Below are positions 44,891-54,395 of a stretch of DNA of 64,000 bases, piece by piece (position 1 is the first letter of the stretch; every line of letters begins with the position of its first letter). Source of the DNA: Chloroflexota bacterium (GTDB lineage: Bacteria; Chloroflexota; Limnocylindria; Limnocylindrales; CSP1-4). The DNA is taken from positions 26,287-90,286 of the forward strand of contig PLOC01000020.1 in the NCBI GenBank assembly GCA_003141955.1, written 5' to 3'. The translations under genes and the position numbers were made by a program. A model generated the notes under the pieces. The model did no database searches, was not told the origin of the DNA, and saw only the letters and a program-made list of their open reading frames with translations.

Positions 44891-47743
44891 CCGGCGGCTG
44901 CGGGACGCCCTGCCCTTTCGGCCATACAGCGACACGAGCGCGAACCAGGGGAACAGCAGGGCACTCGCGCCCGGCGACGGTTCGGGAGTCGGGGTCCCGG
45001 TGGGAGTCGGTTCGGGCGTCGGGGCTGCGGTGGGCGTAGGAGCCGGTGTGGGAGCCGGTGTAGGCGTCGGTGTAGGCGTCGCCTCCGGCGTGGGAGTGGC
45101 GTTCGGGGACGGCGGCGCCGTCCCGGTGTTGGACGTGCAGTACGTCTTGGGGGGGAAGGGCGCGCCCCACGTGTCCCCGTACGGGGTCCAGAAGCCCTTC
45201 TGGTAGAAGTACATCGTTGCCCCGTTGTTGGGGCCGCCCCTCTTGCCTTCCCCGGTCATGGCGCGCTGTATCCAGATCTGGTCGTAGTACTGGAAGTTGG
45301 CGTTGCCGGCGTCGACCTGGCTCAGGTCCAGGAACCCCCTCGTGTCCTCGACCCCGGGGCAGTCGTACGTCCACAGCGTGTTGGTGACCGTGTCGATACT
45401 CATCGGGACCTTGGTGTTGTCGACCTGGGTCGGCACCGTGCCGTTGATGAACACCTCTCGCACGGTCTTGCTCGAGTAGGGGCCGGGTAGCATGCCGCTG
45501 TATGCATCGACGTAGGCCCAGGTCAGGCCTCCGGGCTGTTTGAAGTCGGTCTTTGGGGTGCCCTTGGTTACGTCCTGCATGAACGCGTGCCAGATGGGCG
45601 CGGCAAGCTCCAAGGACATCACGCTCTTGCCGGGGGCATCGTCGCTGTTGCCTGCCCACACCCCTGCGACGATGGCCGGTGAGTTCGGATCGGTGGGCGG
45701 CGCCACGTAGCCGACCGCGAACAGATCCTGGGTCTGGTCATTGGTGCCGGTCTTGAGAGCGGCGACGCGCCGACCGTTGTCGGTCAGCTTGTATTGGCTC
45801 CACCAGTTGTTCTGGCTCGGATCGGTGTTGCCTTTGAGCATGTCCGTCATGATGTAGGCGGCCTGCGGCGTCGTCGGATGCGTTGTTGTCGGCGGATCGT
45901 TCTTGAGCGACCAGACGACGTTGCCCTTCGAGTCCGTCACGGAGAGGATCATCGAGCGCTGGACCAGGGTTCCTGCGTCGGCGATGGCGCCATACGCGGA
46001 CACGAGATCGGCCGGCCGGACCTCGACTGTGCCAATGCCGATGGACACTCCCGGGTTCGAGTTGGCGGGGAAGGAGAGGCCGAAGTCCTCCGCCCGCTGC
46101 ATCAGGTGGTCGACGCCGTTGATCGAGGCGGCCTTCACAGCCGGGATGTTGAGCGAGTACTGGAGGGCCTCGCGCATCCGAACCGGACCGCGCTCGTAGT
46201 TGTCGGCGTCATGGGGTGTGTAACCTCCACCGAAGTTGGTGGCCACGTCCATGAACAGCGATGCCGCGGTCATGGTCTCGTCCTGGATGCCGACGATGTA
46301 GTTGATCGGCTTGAACGAGGAGCCCGGCTGACGATAGCCGTTGCTCAGAACGTCGAACTGCGGATCGAACAGGTTCTGCCCCGGCTTGGCCGGGTCCGGC
46401 ACGGGCTGCGCGTAGAACCCGGCGCTGCCGGCGTACGCGAGCACCTCGCCCGTTCGGTAGTCCACCGCGATCAGAGCCCCGTTGTGTATGTTGGCGTTAC
46501 GCAAACCGGTTGCGAGGCCGGTCGTCGGGTTCGGCCCTACGATGCGGTAGTAGTCGAACGAGTCCGACTGAGCGGTGATTCCCATCTGCGCCAGGTAGTC
46601 GATCGTGGCCTGTTTGGAGCCTAGATTCGGGGCCAGGATGTACGCCCTGAGCCATTTCTCGGCCGAGGCCTGCATGGTGGTATCGAGCGTCGTCACGACC
46701 TTGTAGCCACCGGTATCCACCGCCGGGCAGTCGGCAGGGTCGGTGCCGGGGCCGCACAGCAACGCGGCCAGCTGTTCGCGCACCTGCTCGTCGAACTGGG
46801 GGGCTATCAAGACGTTCTGGGCCTGCGGATGAACGATCACCGGCTCCGACTCGGCGGCGAGGATGTCCGAGTCTTTGTACGTCCCTCGCAGCAGGCCATC
46901 AGCCAGGTTCTGGCGCATGTCCTCGAGGATCTCGTTGCGGCGCTGGACTATCGGGGCATCCGGCGGGACGAGGAGCGTTCCGTCCGGCTGCTGGACCGCG
47001 TTCTGGACGAGGTCGTAGGCGGTTGGGGCCTGCAGCAGAGCGGCGAGGATCACGCTTTGGGCGATCGTCAGCTGGCTCAGATCGGTTATGCCGAAATACC
47101 CCTGAGCGGCCGCCGCGATCCCATAGCTCTGATTCCCGTAGAAGTTCAGGTTCAGGTAGTCGGTGATGATCGTTTCTTTGCCCTGCAGGCCCGGGAATTC
47201 CTGGGTGAGCTTCACGGACTGGATGATCTCCTTGATCTTGCGGTCCATGAGGCTGGTGGTCGGCGGGAGGAGTTCCGCCCTGACGAGCTGCTGGGTGATC
47301 GTGGAGGCCCCTCTCGGGTTGCCAAGAAGGGCGTCGCGGAACGCCGACAGGACAGCCGCCGGATCGAAGCCTTCGTTCGTCCAGAAGGTCTTGTCTTCCG
47401 CGCTGGTGGTCGCGTCGAGGACGACGTCCGGAATGTCGCTGAAGTTCAGAACGCGGCGGTTCTGAGACCCGTAGGCGGCCAGCTGAACCTGTCCGGTCTT
47501 GTCGTAGAGGATCGTCTGCTGGTTGAAGTTGATGCTTTGGAGAAGCTGCCTGGGATCCTGGAGATCGCGGCCGTAGGTAGTGTAGACGTCCACCGCCCCG
47601 ACGAAGCCGACCGCCCCCATCAACACCATGCCCCCGAGAAGAATCATCGGGAGAATCACTGCGAAGCGTCCGACGGCCCCCCCTCGGGAAGCACCCCGAC
47701 CGTTACGGCGACGGCGTTGGCGTCTGGCGAGGCTGGTCTGCAT
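44834..47743 (-). CDS. class A penicillin-binding protein (glycosyltransferase/transpeptidase) with C-terminal PT-rich extension
   Basis: GT51 motifs EDKTFWTNEGFD and GASTITQQL. Transpeptidase motifs SSFKP, SLN and KTGT. N-terminal TM after MQTSLARRQRRRR (ATG 47743). Confidence 0.9.
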   Translation of the reverse strand: MQTSLARRQRRRRNGRGASRGGAVGRFAVILPMILLGGMVLMGAVGFVGAVDVYTTYGRDLQDPRQLLQSINFNQQTILYDKTGQVQLAAYGSQNRRVLNFSDIPDVVLDATTSAEDKTFWTNEGFDPAAVLSAFRDALLGNPRGASTITQQLVRAELLPPTTSLMDRKIKEIIQSVKLTQEFPGLQGKETIITDYLNLNFYGNQSYGIAAAAQGYFGITDLSQLTIAQSVILAALLQAPTAYDLVQNAVQQPDGTLLVPPDAPIVQRRNEILEDMRQNLADGLLRGTYKDSDILAAESEPVIVHPQAQNVLIAPQFDEQVREQLAALLCGPGTDPADCPAVDTGGYKVVTTLDTTMQASAEKWLRAYILAPNLGSKQATIDYLAQMGITAQSDSFDYYRIVGPNPTTGLATGLRNANIHNGALIAVDYRTGEVLAYAGSAGFYAQPVPDPAKPGQNLFDPQFDVLSNGYRQPGSSFKPINYIVGIQDETMTAASLFMDVATNFGGGYTPHDADNYERGPVRMREALQYSLNIPAVKAASINGVDHLMQRAEDFGLSFPANSNPGVSIGIGTVEVRPADLVSAYGAIADAGTLVQRSMILSVTDSKGNVVWSLKNDPPTTTHPTTPQAAYIMTDMLKGNTDPSQNNWWSQYKLTDNGRRVAALKTGTNDQTQDLFAVGYVAPPTDPNSPAIVAGVWAGNSDDAPGKSVMSLELAAPIWHAFMQDVTKGTPKTDFKQPGGLTWAYVDAYSGMLPGPYSSKTVREVFINGTVPTQVDNTKVPMSIDTVTNTLWTYDCPGVEDTRGFLDLSQVDAGNANFQYYDQIWIQRAMTGEGKRGGPNNGATMYFYQKGFWTPYGDTWGAPFPPKTYCTSNTGTAPPSPNATPTPEATPTPTPTPAPTPAPTPTAAPTPEPTPTGTPTPEPSPGASALLFPWFALVSLYGRKGRASRSRRSRAAQQRLDEIRGDRQLG
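44969..45118 (-). repeat. low-complexity (Pro-Thr)n coding tract in the PBP C-terminus
   Basis: Encodes APPSPNATPTPEATPTPTPTPAPTPAPTPTAAPTPEPTPTGTPTPEPSPG. Confidence 0.7.
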
Positions 47744-47855
47744 GGCGGCTCGCAAGATAGCATACGTACCAAGGCGGACATCGCGCCCCCGACCGCCGGG
47801 CCTTTGGACGGGCCGACGGCGAAGCCTGTGACGACAGTTAGGAGCGGGTCTGGCG

Positions 47856-49178
47856 ATGACGGCAGCTGACACGAGTGGCAGACGAGCGCCTGGGAGCGCT
47901 GAGGGACAGGCCGGTCTGCTCGATGAGTTGCGGTGGCGGGGCATGTTGCACCAGCACAGCAGCGGCCTGGCCGAGCGACTGGCCACCGGACCCCAGATCA
48001 AGGGTTACAACGGCTTCGATCCGACCGGGTCCTCGCTGCACATCGGCCACCTCGTGCCGATCTTCGGGCTGATCCAGCTGCAAAGGGCCGGTGGCGTACC
48101 GGTGGTCGTCATCGGCGGCGGCACGGCGATGATCGGCGATCCATCGGGTCGTTCGGCCGAGCGGCTGCTGTTGAGCCGGGCCACGGTGGAGGAGAACGTC
48201 GCCGGCATTCAGTCGCAGCTCACGAAGTTCCTCGATTTCGACGGGCCCAACGGGGCCGAGGTTGTCGACAACTACGAGTGGCTGAGCTCCTACTCGTTGC
48301 TCAGGTTCCTCCGTGACATCGGCAAGCACCTGACGGTGCCCTACATGCTGGCCAAGGATTCGGTCCAGATTCGACTGGATGCCGGCCTGAGCTTCACCGA
48401 GTTCAGCTACATGCTGCTGCAGGCCGCGGACTTCCTGCACCTGTACCGCTCCGGTGGCGTCGAGCTGCAGATGGGCGGCGCCGACCAGTGGGGCAACATG
48501 ACCGCCGGGCTGGAGTTGATCCGGAAGGAATTCGGGGCGGGCGACGGGCAGGACCTCGCGTACGCCATGAGCTACCCGCTCCTGACCAACGAGGGCGGGT
48601 CGAAGTTCGGCAAGACCGCCGCCGGAACGAGCGTGTGGCTCGACCGCGAGAAGACCAGCCCGTTCGGGTTCTACCAGTACTGGCTCGACGCCGACGACCG
48701 CGACGTCGGCAAGTACCTGCGCACCTTCACGCTCCTTGATCGTGCCACGATCGAGGGCATCGAAGTGGACATGGCCGCGCATCCCGAGACACGCGTCGCC
48801 CAGAAGGCGGTGGCCTACGATCTCACGGCCCGCGTTCACGGCGACGATGAAGCCCGGCGGGCCGTGAGAGTCAGCGAGGCGGCCTTCTCGAAGGAGCCGA
48901 TCCGCGACCCGGAGCTGCTGGCCGGGCTCTTCGAGGCGATCGACCACTTCGAGTTCACGTCCGACGACCTGGCCGGAGGCGCGCTTCGGCTGGCGATCGC
49001 GAGCGGCCTCTACGCCTCCAACGGCGAGGCCCGCCGGGCGATCTCTCAGGGCGGGCTGTCTATCAACGACGACCGTATCGGCGCTCCCGAGGACGCCGTG
49101 CCCGCGCCGATCGACGGGCGCTACCTCGTGGTGCGGATGGGAAAGAAGGCGCTGCGGATTGGCCGGCTGAAGGCCTAG
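47856..49178 (+). CDS. tyrS: tyrosine--tRNA ligase
   Basis: HIGH motif (SLHIGHLVP), KFGKT (KMSKS-type) and a C-terminal S4 domain. Confidence 0.95.
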   Translation: MTAADTSGRRAPGSAEGQAGLLDELRWRGMLHQHSSGLAERLATGPQIKGYNGFDPTGSSLHIGHLVPIFGLIQLQRAGGVPVVVIGGGTAMIGDPSGRSAERLLLSRATVEENVAGIQSQLTKFLDFDGPNGAEVVDNYEWLSSYSLLRFLRDIGKHLTVPYMLAKDSVQIRLDAGLSFTEFSYMLLQAADFLHLYRSGGVELQMGGADQWGNMTAGLELIRKEFGAGDGQDLAYAMSYPLLTNEGGSKFGKTAAGTSVWLDREKTSPFGFYQYWLDADDRDVGKYLRTFTLLDRATIEGIEVDMAAHPETRVAQKAVAYDLTARVHGDDEARRAVRVSEAAFSKEPIRDPELLAGLFEAIDHFEFTSDDLAGGALRLAIASGLYASNGEARRAISQGGLSINDDRIGAPEDAVPAPIDGRYLVVRMGKKALRIGRLKA

Positions 49179-49198
49179 CCGGTCGGAGCTGCGACTGG

Positions 49199-49888
49199 CT
49201 ACGGCCTGTGCCGGTCCCGAAGGCGGGCGAGTACTGCCGACGGCGCGAGGCCCCGCTCCCGCAGCAGCACCAGCGTGTGGTACACCAAGTCCGCCACCTC
49301 GCCGGTCAGCGCGTCCCGAGTGGCGTCGCGACGATCGACGGCGGCCACCGCGTCGTCCTTGGCGGCCATCAGCACCTCAGTGGCCTCCTCGGCGAGCTTG
49401 CGCGCGGGCCCGTCCACGCCGGCAGCCAGAAGGCGCGCCGTGTAGGAGGAGGCCGGGTCGGCAGTGGCGCGGGAATCGATGGTGGCCCACAGCGCTTCGA
49501 GCCAGGCGAAGCCCTGGACCGCGGCCGCAGCTGGTGGAGCAGGGGGCCCTCCGCCCTCACCGTCGGCCAGATCGAAACAGCTGCGAGTACCCCGGTGACA
49601 GGTCGGCCCGAGCGGCTCCACCTGCATGAGAAGCGCGTCGCTGTCGCAGTCCAGGTCGATGCCCACGAGGCGCAGCACGTTGCCGCTGGTCTCGCCCTTG
49701 CGCCACAGGCGGCCGCGTGACCGGGAGTGAAAGTGGACCTCGCCGCTCGCCATCGTAGCTGCGAGAGCCTCTGCGTCGACGTAGGCGACTATCAGCACCC
49801 GGCCGTCGGCGACGTCCTGAGCGACCGCCGGCACGAGCCCGCTCGGTCCCCACGAGACATCTTCTTCGAGCGCCGGTCTGGATGTCAT
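49199..49888 (-). CDS. hisIE: bifunctional phosphoribosyl-AMP cyclohydrolase / phosphoribosyl-ATP diphosphatase
   Basis: HisI block SRSRGRLWRKGETSGN...DCDSDALL...CH followed by a HisE helical domain. ATGA overlap with the hisF stop. Confidence 0.9.
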   Translation of the reverse strand: MTSRPALEEDVSWGPSGLVPAVAQDVADGRVLIVAYVDAEALAATMASGEVHFHSRSRGRLWRKGETSGNVLRLVGIDLDCDSDALLMQVEPLGPTCHRGTRSCFDLADGEGGGPPAPPAAAAVQGFAWLEALWATIDSRATADPASSYTARLLAAGVDGPARKLAEEATEVLMAAKDDAVAAVDRRDATRDALTGEVADLVYHTLVLLRERGLAPSAVLARLRDRHRP

Positions 49889-50688
49889 GCGGCGGCCTGA
49901 CCGACGGGCCGGACCGGCAATCCCGCCGCGGCCATCGCCTGCTTGACCGAGTCTATGGAGTACACGCGTCGGTGGAAGATCGACGCCGCGAGCACGGCAT
50001 CGGCGCCTCCGTCCCGCACGGCGACGACGAAATCTTCCGGCCCGGAGGCGCCCCCCGATGCGATCACCGGCACACGGACCCGAGAAGAGATCGCCCGCAG
50101 CAGTTCCGTGTCAAAGCCACTGCGCGTTCCGTCCCGGTCCATCGAGGTAACCAGCAGTTCGCCGGCACCAAGCTCGACCGCCCGCTGTGCCCATTCGATT
50201 GCGTCCAGGCCGACCGGAGTTCTACCTCCGTGCGTGACGACCTCCCAGGCAGTCGTCTCGAGGGCCGCGCCGGCAGGCTGCGGTGAACGCCGCGCGTCGA
50301 TCGCGCACACCACCGCTTGGCGGCCGAAGCGCCGCGCGCAGGCTGTCAGCAGCCGCGGCTCGGCCACCGCCGCGGTGTTGAACGATACCTTGTCCGCGCC
50401 GGCGCGCAGCACGTCGCGCATCTCGTCGACACTGCGTACGCCACCACCCACGGTGAGCGGGACGAATGCTCGGCTCGCCGTTCGACGAACGACCTCCAGC
50501 GTGGTGCCCCGGCCCTCCGGGGCGGCCGTGATATCGACGAAGACGATCTCGTCGGCGCCTTCGCGGGCGTAACGCCCGGCCAGCTCGGCGGGGTCGCCCT
50601 CGTCGGTCAGGTCCACAAACCTGGTGCCCTTCACGACGCGGCCGTTGGCCACGTCCAGGCAGGGGATGACGCGACGGGCAAGCATCAC
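49885..50688 (-). CDS. hisF: imidazole glycerol phosphate synthase cyclase subunit
   Basis: RVIPCLDV..GRVVKG..F N-terminus and a (beta/alpha)8 HisF pattern throughout. Confidence 0.95.
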   Translation of the reverse strand: MMLARRVIPCLDVANGRVVKGTRFVDLTDEGDPAELAGRYAREGADEIVFVDITAAPEGRGTTLEVVRRTASRAFVPLTVGGGVRSVDEMRDVLRAGADKVSFNTAAVAEPRLLTACARRFGRQAVVCAIDARRSPQPAGAALETTAWEVVTHGGRTPVGLDAIEWAQRAVELGAGELLVTSMDRDGTRSGFDTELLRAISSRVRVPVIASGGASGPEDFVVAVRDGGADAVLAASIFHRRVYSIDSVKQAMAAAGLPVRPVGQAAA

Positions 50689-51329
50689 GCCACCTCCGAG
50701 CTGCCGGCTGAAGACGCCGCCACGAGCCCGACGAAGTTGGACAGAAGCCGCAGGCCGGCCGCCGCCGACTTCTCGGGGTGGAATTGAAGCCCCAACAGCG
50801 AGCCCTTCGCGACTACGCTGACGAAAGGCCGGCCGTGCGTCGTGCGCGCCACGACGATTCCTTCGTCCTCCGGAATGGGGGCAAACGAGTGCACGAAGTA
50901 GAAGTAGGAGCCATCGGCCACCCCCTCGAAGAGCGGGTGTGGCCGCACGGCGTTCACCGAGTTCCAGCCGATGTGCGGCAGCGTGGGCGCATCTTGCAAG
51001 CCGACCGTCCGTCCCGCCAGAAACCCCAGCGTCGCGGCGTCGCCCTCGTCGCTGGCGTCAAAGATGAGTTGCAGGCCCAGGCAGATCCCCAGGCACGGCC
51101 GATCGGCACGAACCCAGTCGCGCAGCGGTTCGACAAGGCCACGCTCTTGCAGCTGGTCCATGGCAGGCGCCGCCGCACCGACGCCGGGAACAACGATGGC
51201 CTCGACGGCGGCAAGGCCAGATGGAGAGGCGGCCACGCTCACCTCGGCACCCACCGCGGACAAAGCCTGGGTGATGCTGACAAGATTGGCGGCTCCGTAA
51301 TCGAGGACCGCGATCTTGACCCTGCTCAT
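50685..51329 (-). CDS. hisH: imidazole glycerol phosphate synthase glutaminase subunit
   Basis: MSRVKIAVLDYGAANL, GICLGLQL (catalytic Cys) and HSF..P. ATG 51329 is in an ATGA overlap with the hisB stop. Confidence 0.9.
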   Translation of the reverse strand: MSRVKIAVLDYGAANLVSITQALSAVGAEVSVAASPSGLAAVEAIVVPGVGAAAPAMDQLQERGLVEPLRDWVRADRPCLGICLGLQLIFDASDEGDAATLGFLAGRTVGLQDAPTLPHIGWNSVNAVRPHPLFEGVADGSYFYFVHSFAPIPEDEGIVVARTTHGRPFVSVVAKGSLLGLQFHPEKSAAAGLRLLSNFVGLVAASSAGSSEVA

Positions 51330-51946
51330 CCGAGAGATCCCTTCGTGGATGCGGGGCCTTCGCGCCACGGGTCGACGGCGCAGGCCGCGCGCAGCGACCG
51401 GCCGAGGGCCTTGAAGGCGGCCTCTGCCAGGTGATGATCGTTGCGACCCGTTCCCTTTACGTGGAGCGTGACCCCGCCCGCCCGAGCGAACGACTCGAAG
51501 ACATGCTCGATCAGCTGCAGCGGCAGCTTGCCCGCACGCTTGCCCTTGAACGGCAGGTCGATGACGGCGTACGGGCGCCCGCCGACGTCGACCACGGCCG
51601 TGGCCAGCGACTCGTCCATCGGCACGGCGGCGTCCCCGAAGCGAACGATGCCCGAACGGTCGCCCAGTGCCTGAGCGAGCGCGGCGCCGAGGACCAGCGC
51701 CACGTCCTCGACCGTGTGGTGCTCGTCTACCGCCAGGTCGCCGGTGGCCTCGATATCGAGGTCGAAGAGGGCGTGGTGGGCCAGAGAGTTCAGAAGGTGG
51801 TCGTAGAAGCCGACGCCCGTGGAGATGCTGCTTTCGCCCGTTCCGTCGAGTCTCAGGCTGACGGAGACCTGGGTCTCGCGCGTGGAGCGGGTGACGGTGG
51901 CCGAGCGATCGCCCGACTCGACCACGGTGCCGATCTGGTTGCTCAT
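51326..51946 (-). CDS. hisB: imidazoleglycerol-phosphate dehydratase
   Basis: RSTRETQVSVSL, GVGFYDHLL and DEHHTVEDVALVLG blocks. 206 aa from ATG 51946 (GGAGA upstream). No phosphatase domain. Confidence 0.9.
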   Translation of the reverse strand: MSNQIGTVVESGDRSATVTRSTRETQVSVSLRLDGTGESSISTGVGFYDHLLNSLAHHALFDLDIEATGDLAVDEHHTVEDVALVLGAALAQALGDRSGIVRFGDAAVPMDESLATAVVDVGGRPYAVIDLPFKGKRAGKLPLQLIEHVFESFARAGGVTLHVKGTGRNDHHLAEAAFKALGRSLRAACAVDPWREGPASTKGSLG

Positions 51947-53064
51947 GCAGGTATCTCCATCGCGGCGCGGATGAGACGGTCGTTCTCCCGGGCCGATCGG
52001 ACGGTCAGGCGCAGGCAGTCGGCCAGCGGATGATCGAGACCGAAGGTTCGCGGGACGAGGCCCCGGCGCAGCAGCGCCTCGGCGGCTGCGGCGGCGATCT
52101 TCACCGAGCCGAAGCGGACCAGGATGAAGTTGGCCCGGGAGGGATACGGACGCCAGCCGATGCGGGTCATCTCCCCGATGAGGCGGGCGCGCTGCTCCGC
52201 GATGCGAGCGACGTTGGCCGCGGCCAGCTCGGGGCGGCGCAGCGCGGCAGTCGCCAGAGCTGCGGAGACGGTCGAAACCGAGGCCGGAGCCCGGAACGAA
52301 AGGATCGGCGCAAGTGTTTCCGGCTGCGCCACGGCGAAGCCCACGCGAGCCCCTGCCAGAGCGTGAGCCTTGCTCAGGGTCCGAATGACGACGAGCCTCG
52401 GATACCGGCCGCGCAGCGCCACCACCGAACTGCCGACGAACTCGGCGTAGGCCTCGTCGACGGCCACGGCCGGGGCCGCCAGGCCGTCTCGCGCTGCGTT
52501 GGCGGCAAGCCGGTCCAGCAGCTCGCCAATGCGCTCGGGCGGTTCCGCGGTGCCGGTCGGGTTGTTCGGCTCGCACAGCCACACGAGGTCGGCGCCGCGC
52601 GCGGCCTCGGCCATCGCCGGAATGTCCAGCCCGAAGCCCTCGTCTGCTTCCCGGCGCGACACAGCTCGGAAGCGCGCGCCGCGCTGCTCGGTCACGATCC
52701 CGTACATCGCGTACGTGGGCACGGCGCCGACCGCCACCGAGCCCTCGCGCAGGAATGCGCGAGCCGTGAGGTCCAGGGCCTCGTCGGCGCCTGCCGTGGG
52801 CAGGATCTCGTCCGGGGCGACGCCGTAGGACTCGGCCGCGGCAGCCACGAGCCCGGCATAATCGCTGGGCGGGTACTCAGATAGCGGCGGGTCAAACGGG
52901 CCGGTCAGCACGTCCCGAAGGTCCGGCGGGAGCGGCGACGTGTTCACGTCGAATCGCACGAGCGACTCTCGTGGCAGGCCGTACTTGGCGGCGAGGAAGT
53001 CGGTCGTCGGCTCCCAGACGTAGGTGGGCGCCGTCGGGCCGGCAGGCTGGTCGGCCGGGCTCAT
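51943..53064 (-). CDS. hisC: histidinol-phosphate aminotransferase
   Basis: Class II aminotransferase with NPNNPTG and RTLSKAHALAG (PLP lysine). ATGA overlaps at both ends. Confidence 0.9.
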   Translation of the reverse strand: MSPADQPAGPTAPTYVWEPTTDFLAAKYGLPRESLVRFDVNTSPLPPDLRDVLTGPFDPPLSEYPPSDYAGLVAAAAESYGVAPDEILPTAGADEALDLTARAFLREGSVAVGAVPTYAMYGIVTEQRGARFRAVSRREADEGFGLDIPAMAEAARGADLVWLCEPNNPTGTAEPPERIGELLDRLAANAARDGLAAPAVAVDEAYAEFVGSSVVALRGRYPRLVVIRTLSKAHALAGARVGFAVAQPETLAPILSFRAPASVSTVSAALATAALRRPELAAANVARIAEQRARLIGEMTRIGWRPYPSRANFILVRFGSVKIAAAAAEALLRRGLVPRTFGLDHPLADCLRLTVRSARENDRLIRAAMEIPA

Positions 53065-54395
53065 GGCCGAGCCTCGAATCTGACTTCCACCGCGCGCTTG
53101 TGGGCGATCAGCCCCTCCGCCTGGGCGATCGATTCGACCGAGTCGCGGATGGCCGCCAGGCCTTCGCGGCTAATGCGCTGGACCTGTATGAACTTCCCAT
53201 AGTCCTCGGTCGACAGGGCGCCGCAGGAGCGGGCCAGGCCGCCGGTCGGCAGGACATGGTTGGCTCCGGAGGCATAGTCGCCGGCGGACTCGGGCGCGTA
53301 GGGGCCGACGAACAGCGAGCCCGCGTTCGACAGCCGCGCGACGGCCTCTTCGACATCGTCCACGACAACGGACAGGTGCTCCGGGGCATAGGCGTTCACG
53401 AACCCGACGGCGGCGTCGCGGCCGGGGACCAGTACGATGAGCGCGCCCTTCGCGAGCGAACGCTCCAGGATGTCGCGCCGAGCCGCGGCCGCCAGCTGGC
53501 GCCCCAGCTCGACCTCCACGGCGGCCGCGAAGACCGCGTCCCAGGTGACCAGCAGGGCAGGGGAGTCGGGCCCGTGCTCGGCCTGGGAGAGCAGGTCCGC
53601 AGCCACGTGGACCGGGTCGGCGGTGCCGTCGGCGACGACCATCACCTCGGACGGACCCGCCGGAAGGTCTATGCCGCATTCGCCGAAGACTTCGAGTTTG
53701 GCGGCCGTGACCCAGGGGTTGCCGGGCCCGACGAGGCGGTCCACCGGCGCCACGCCCAATACCGGCAGCCCGTACGCCATTGCGCCGATGGCCTGGGCGC
53801 CGCCCGCCACGATGAAGACGTCCACTGCGACAAGCGCCGCGGCGCCCAGCAGCGTCTGGTTGAGCCCGCCCTCGGCATCCGCGGGCGACGCCACGACGAC
53901 GGTGCCGACGCCGGCGACGCGTGCCGGAACCACTCCCATCAGCAACGAGCTGGGATAGGCCGCGGACCCGCCCGGGGCGTAGACGCCGACGCGAGCGAGA
54001 GGTGCCCAGCGCCGTTCGATCTCCACGCCCGGGACGATCGTCGTGACGCGCGTCTGGGGCCGCTGCGTCTCGGCGAAGCGGCGGATGTTCTCGATCATCT
54101 GCTCCAGCCCGGCGCGGATGCGCGGCGGAAGGCTGTCGCGCGCCGCCTGCAGCTCGGCCCGGCTGACGAGCAGCGAGCCATCCGCCCGGCCGCCGCCGAA
54201 CCGGCAGTTGGCCTCGTGGACCGCCGCGTCGCCACCGGCCTTGACGGAGGCGAGGATGGCTCGGGCGCCCTCACGAACCCTCTGATCCGGCACGGCGCCG
54301 CGGCGCAGCAGTGCCTGGACCTCGGCGGCCACGGCAGGGTCCGTGTCCGCGGCGGACAGGTCCAGGCGGCGAAGGGCCACAGACGGGGGGCTCAC
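53061..54395 (-). CDS. hisD: histidinol dehydrogenase
   Basis: 444 aa from GTG 54395 (GTGA overlap with the hisG stop). GPGNPWVTAAK, SQAEHGPDS and HVLPTGG blocks. Confidence 0.9.
   Translation of the reverse strand: MSPPSVALRRLDLSAADTDPAVAAEVQALLRRGAVPDQRVREGARAILASVKAGGDAAVHEANCRFGGGRADGSLLVSRAELQAARDSLPPRIRAGLEQMIENIRRFAETQRPQTRVTTIVPGVEIERRWAPLARVGVYAPGGSAAYPSSLLMGVVPARVAGVGTVVVASPADAEGGLNQTLLGAAALVAVDVFIVAGGAQAIGAMAYGLPVLGVAPVDRLVGPGNPWVTAAKLEVFGECGIDLPAGPSEVMVVADGTADPVHVAADLLSQAEHGPDSPALLVTWDAVFAAAVEVELGRQLAAAARRDILERSLAKGALIVLVPGRDAAVGFVNAYAPEHLSVVVDDVEEAVARLSNAGSLFVGPYAPESAGDYASGANHVLPTGGLARSCGALSTEDYGKFIQVQRISREGLAAIRDSVESIAQAEGLIAHKRAVEVRFEARP

Noticed and set aside
47744-47855. T-box upstream of tyrS, by analogy with thrS and pheS
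   Set aside because: The region is only 112 nt, is shared with the divergent PBP gene, and contains no GGGTGGNACCGCG-like element.
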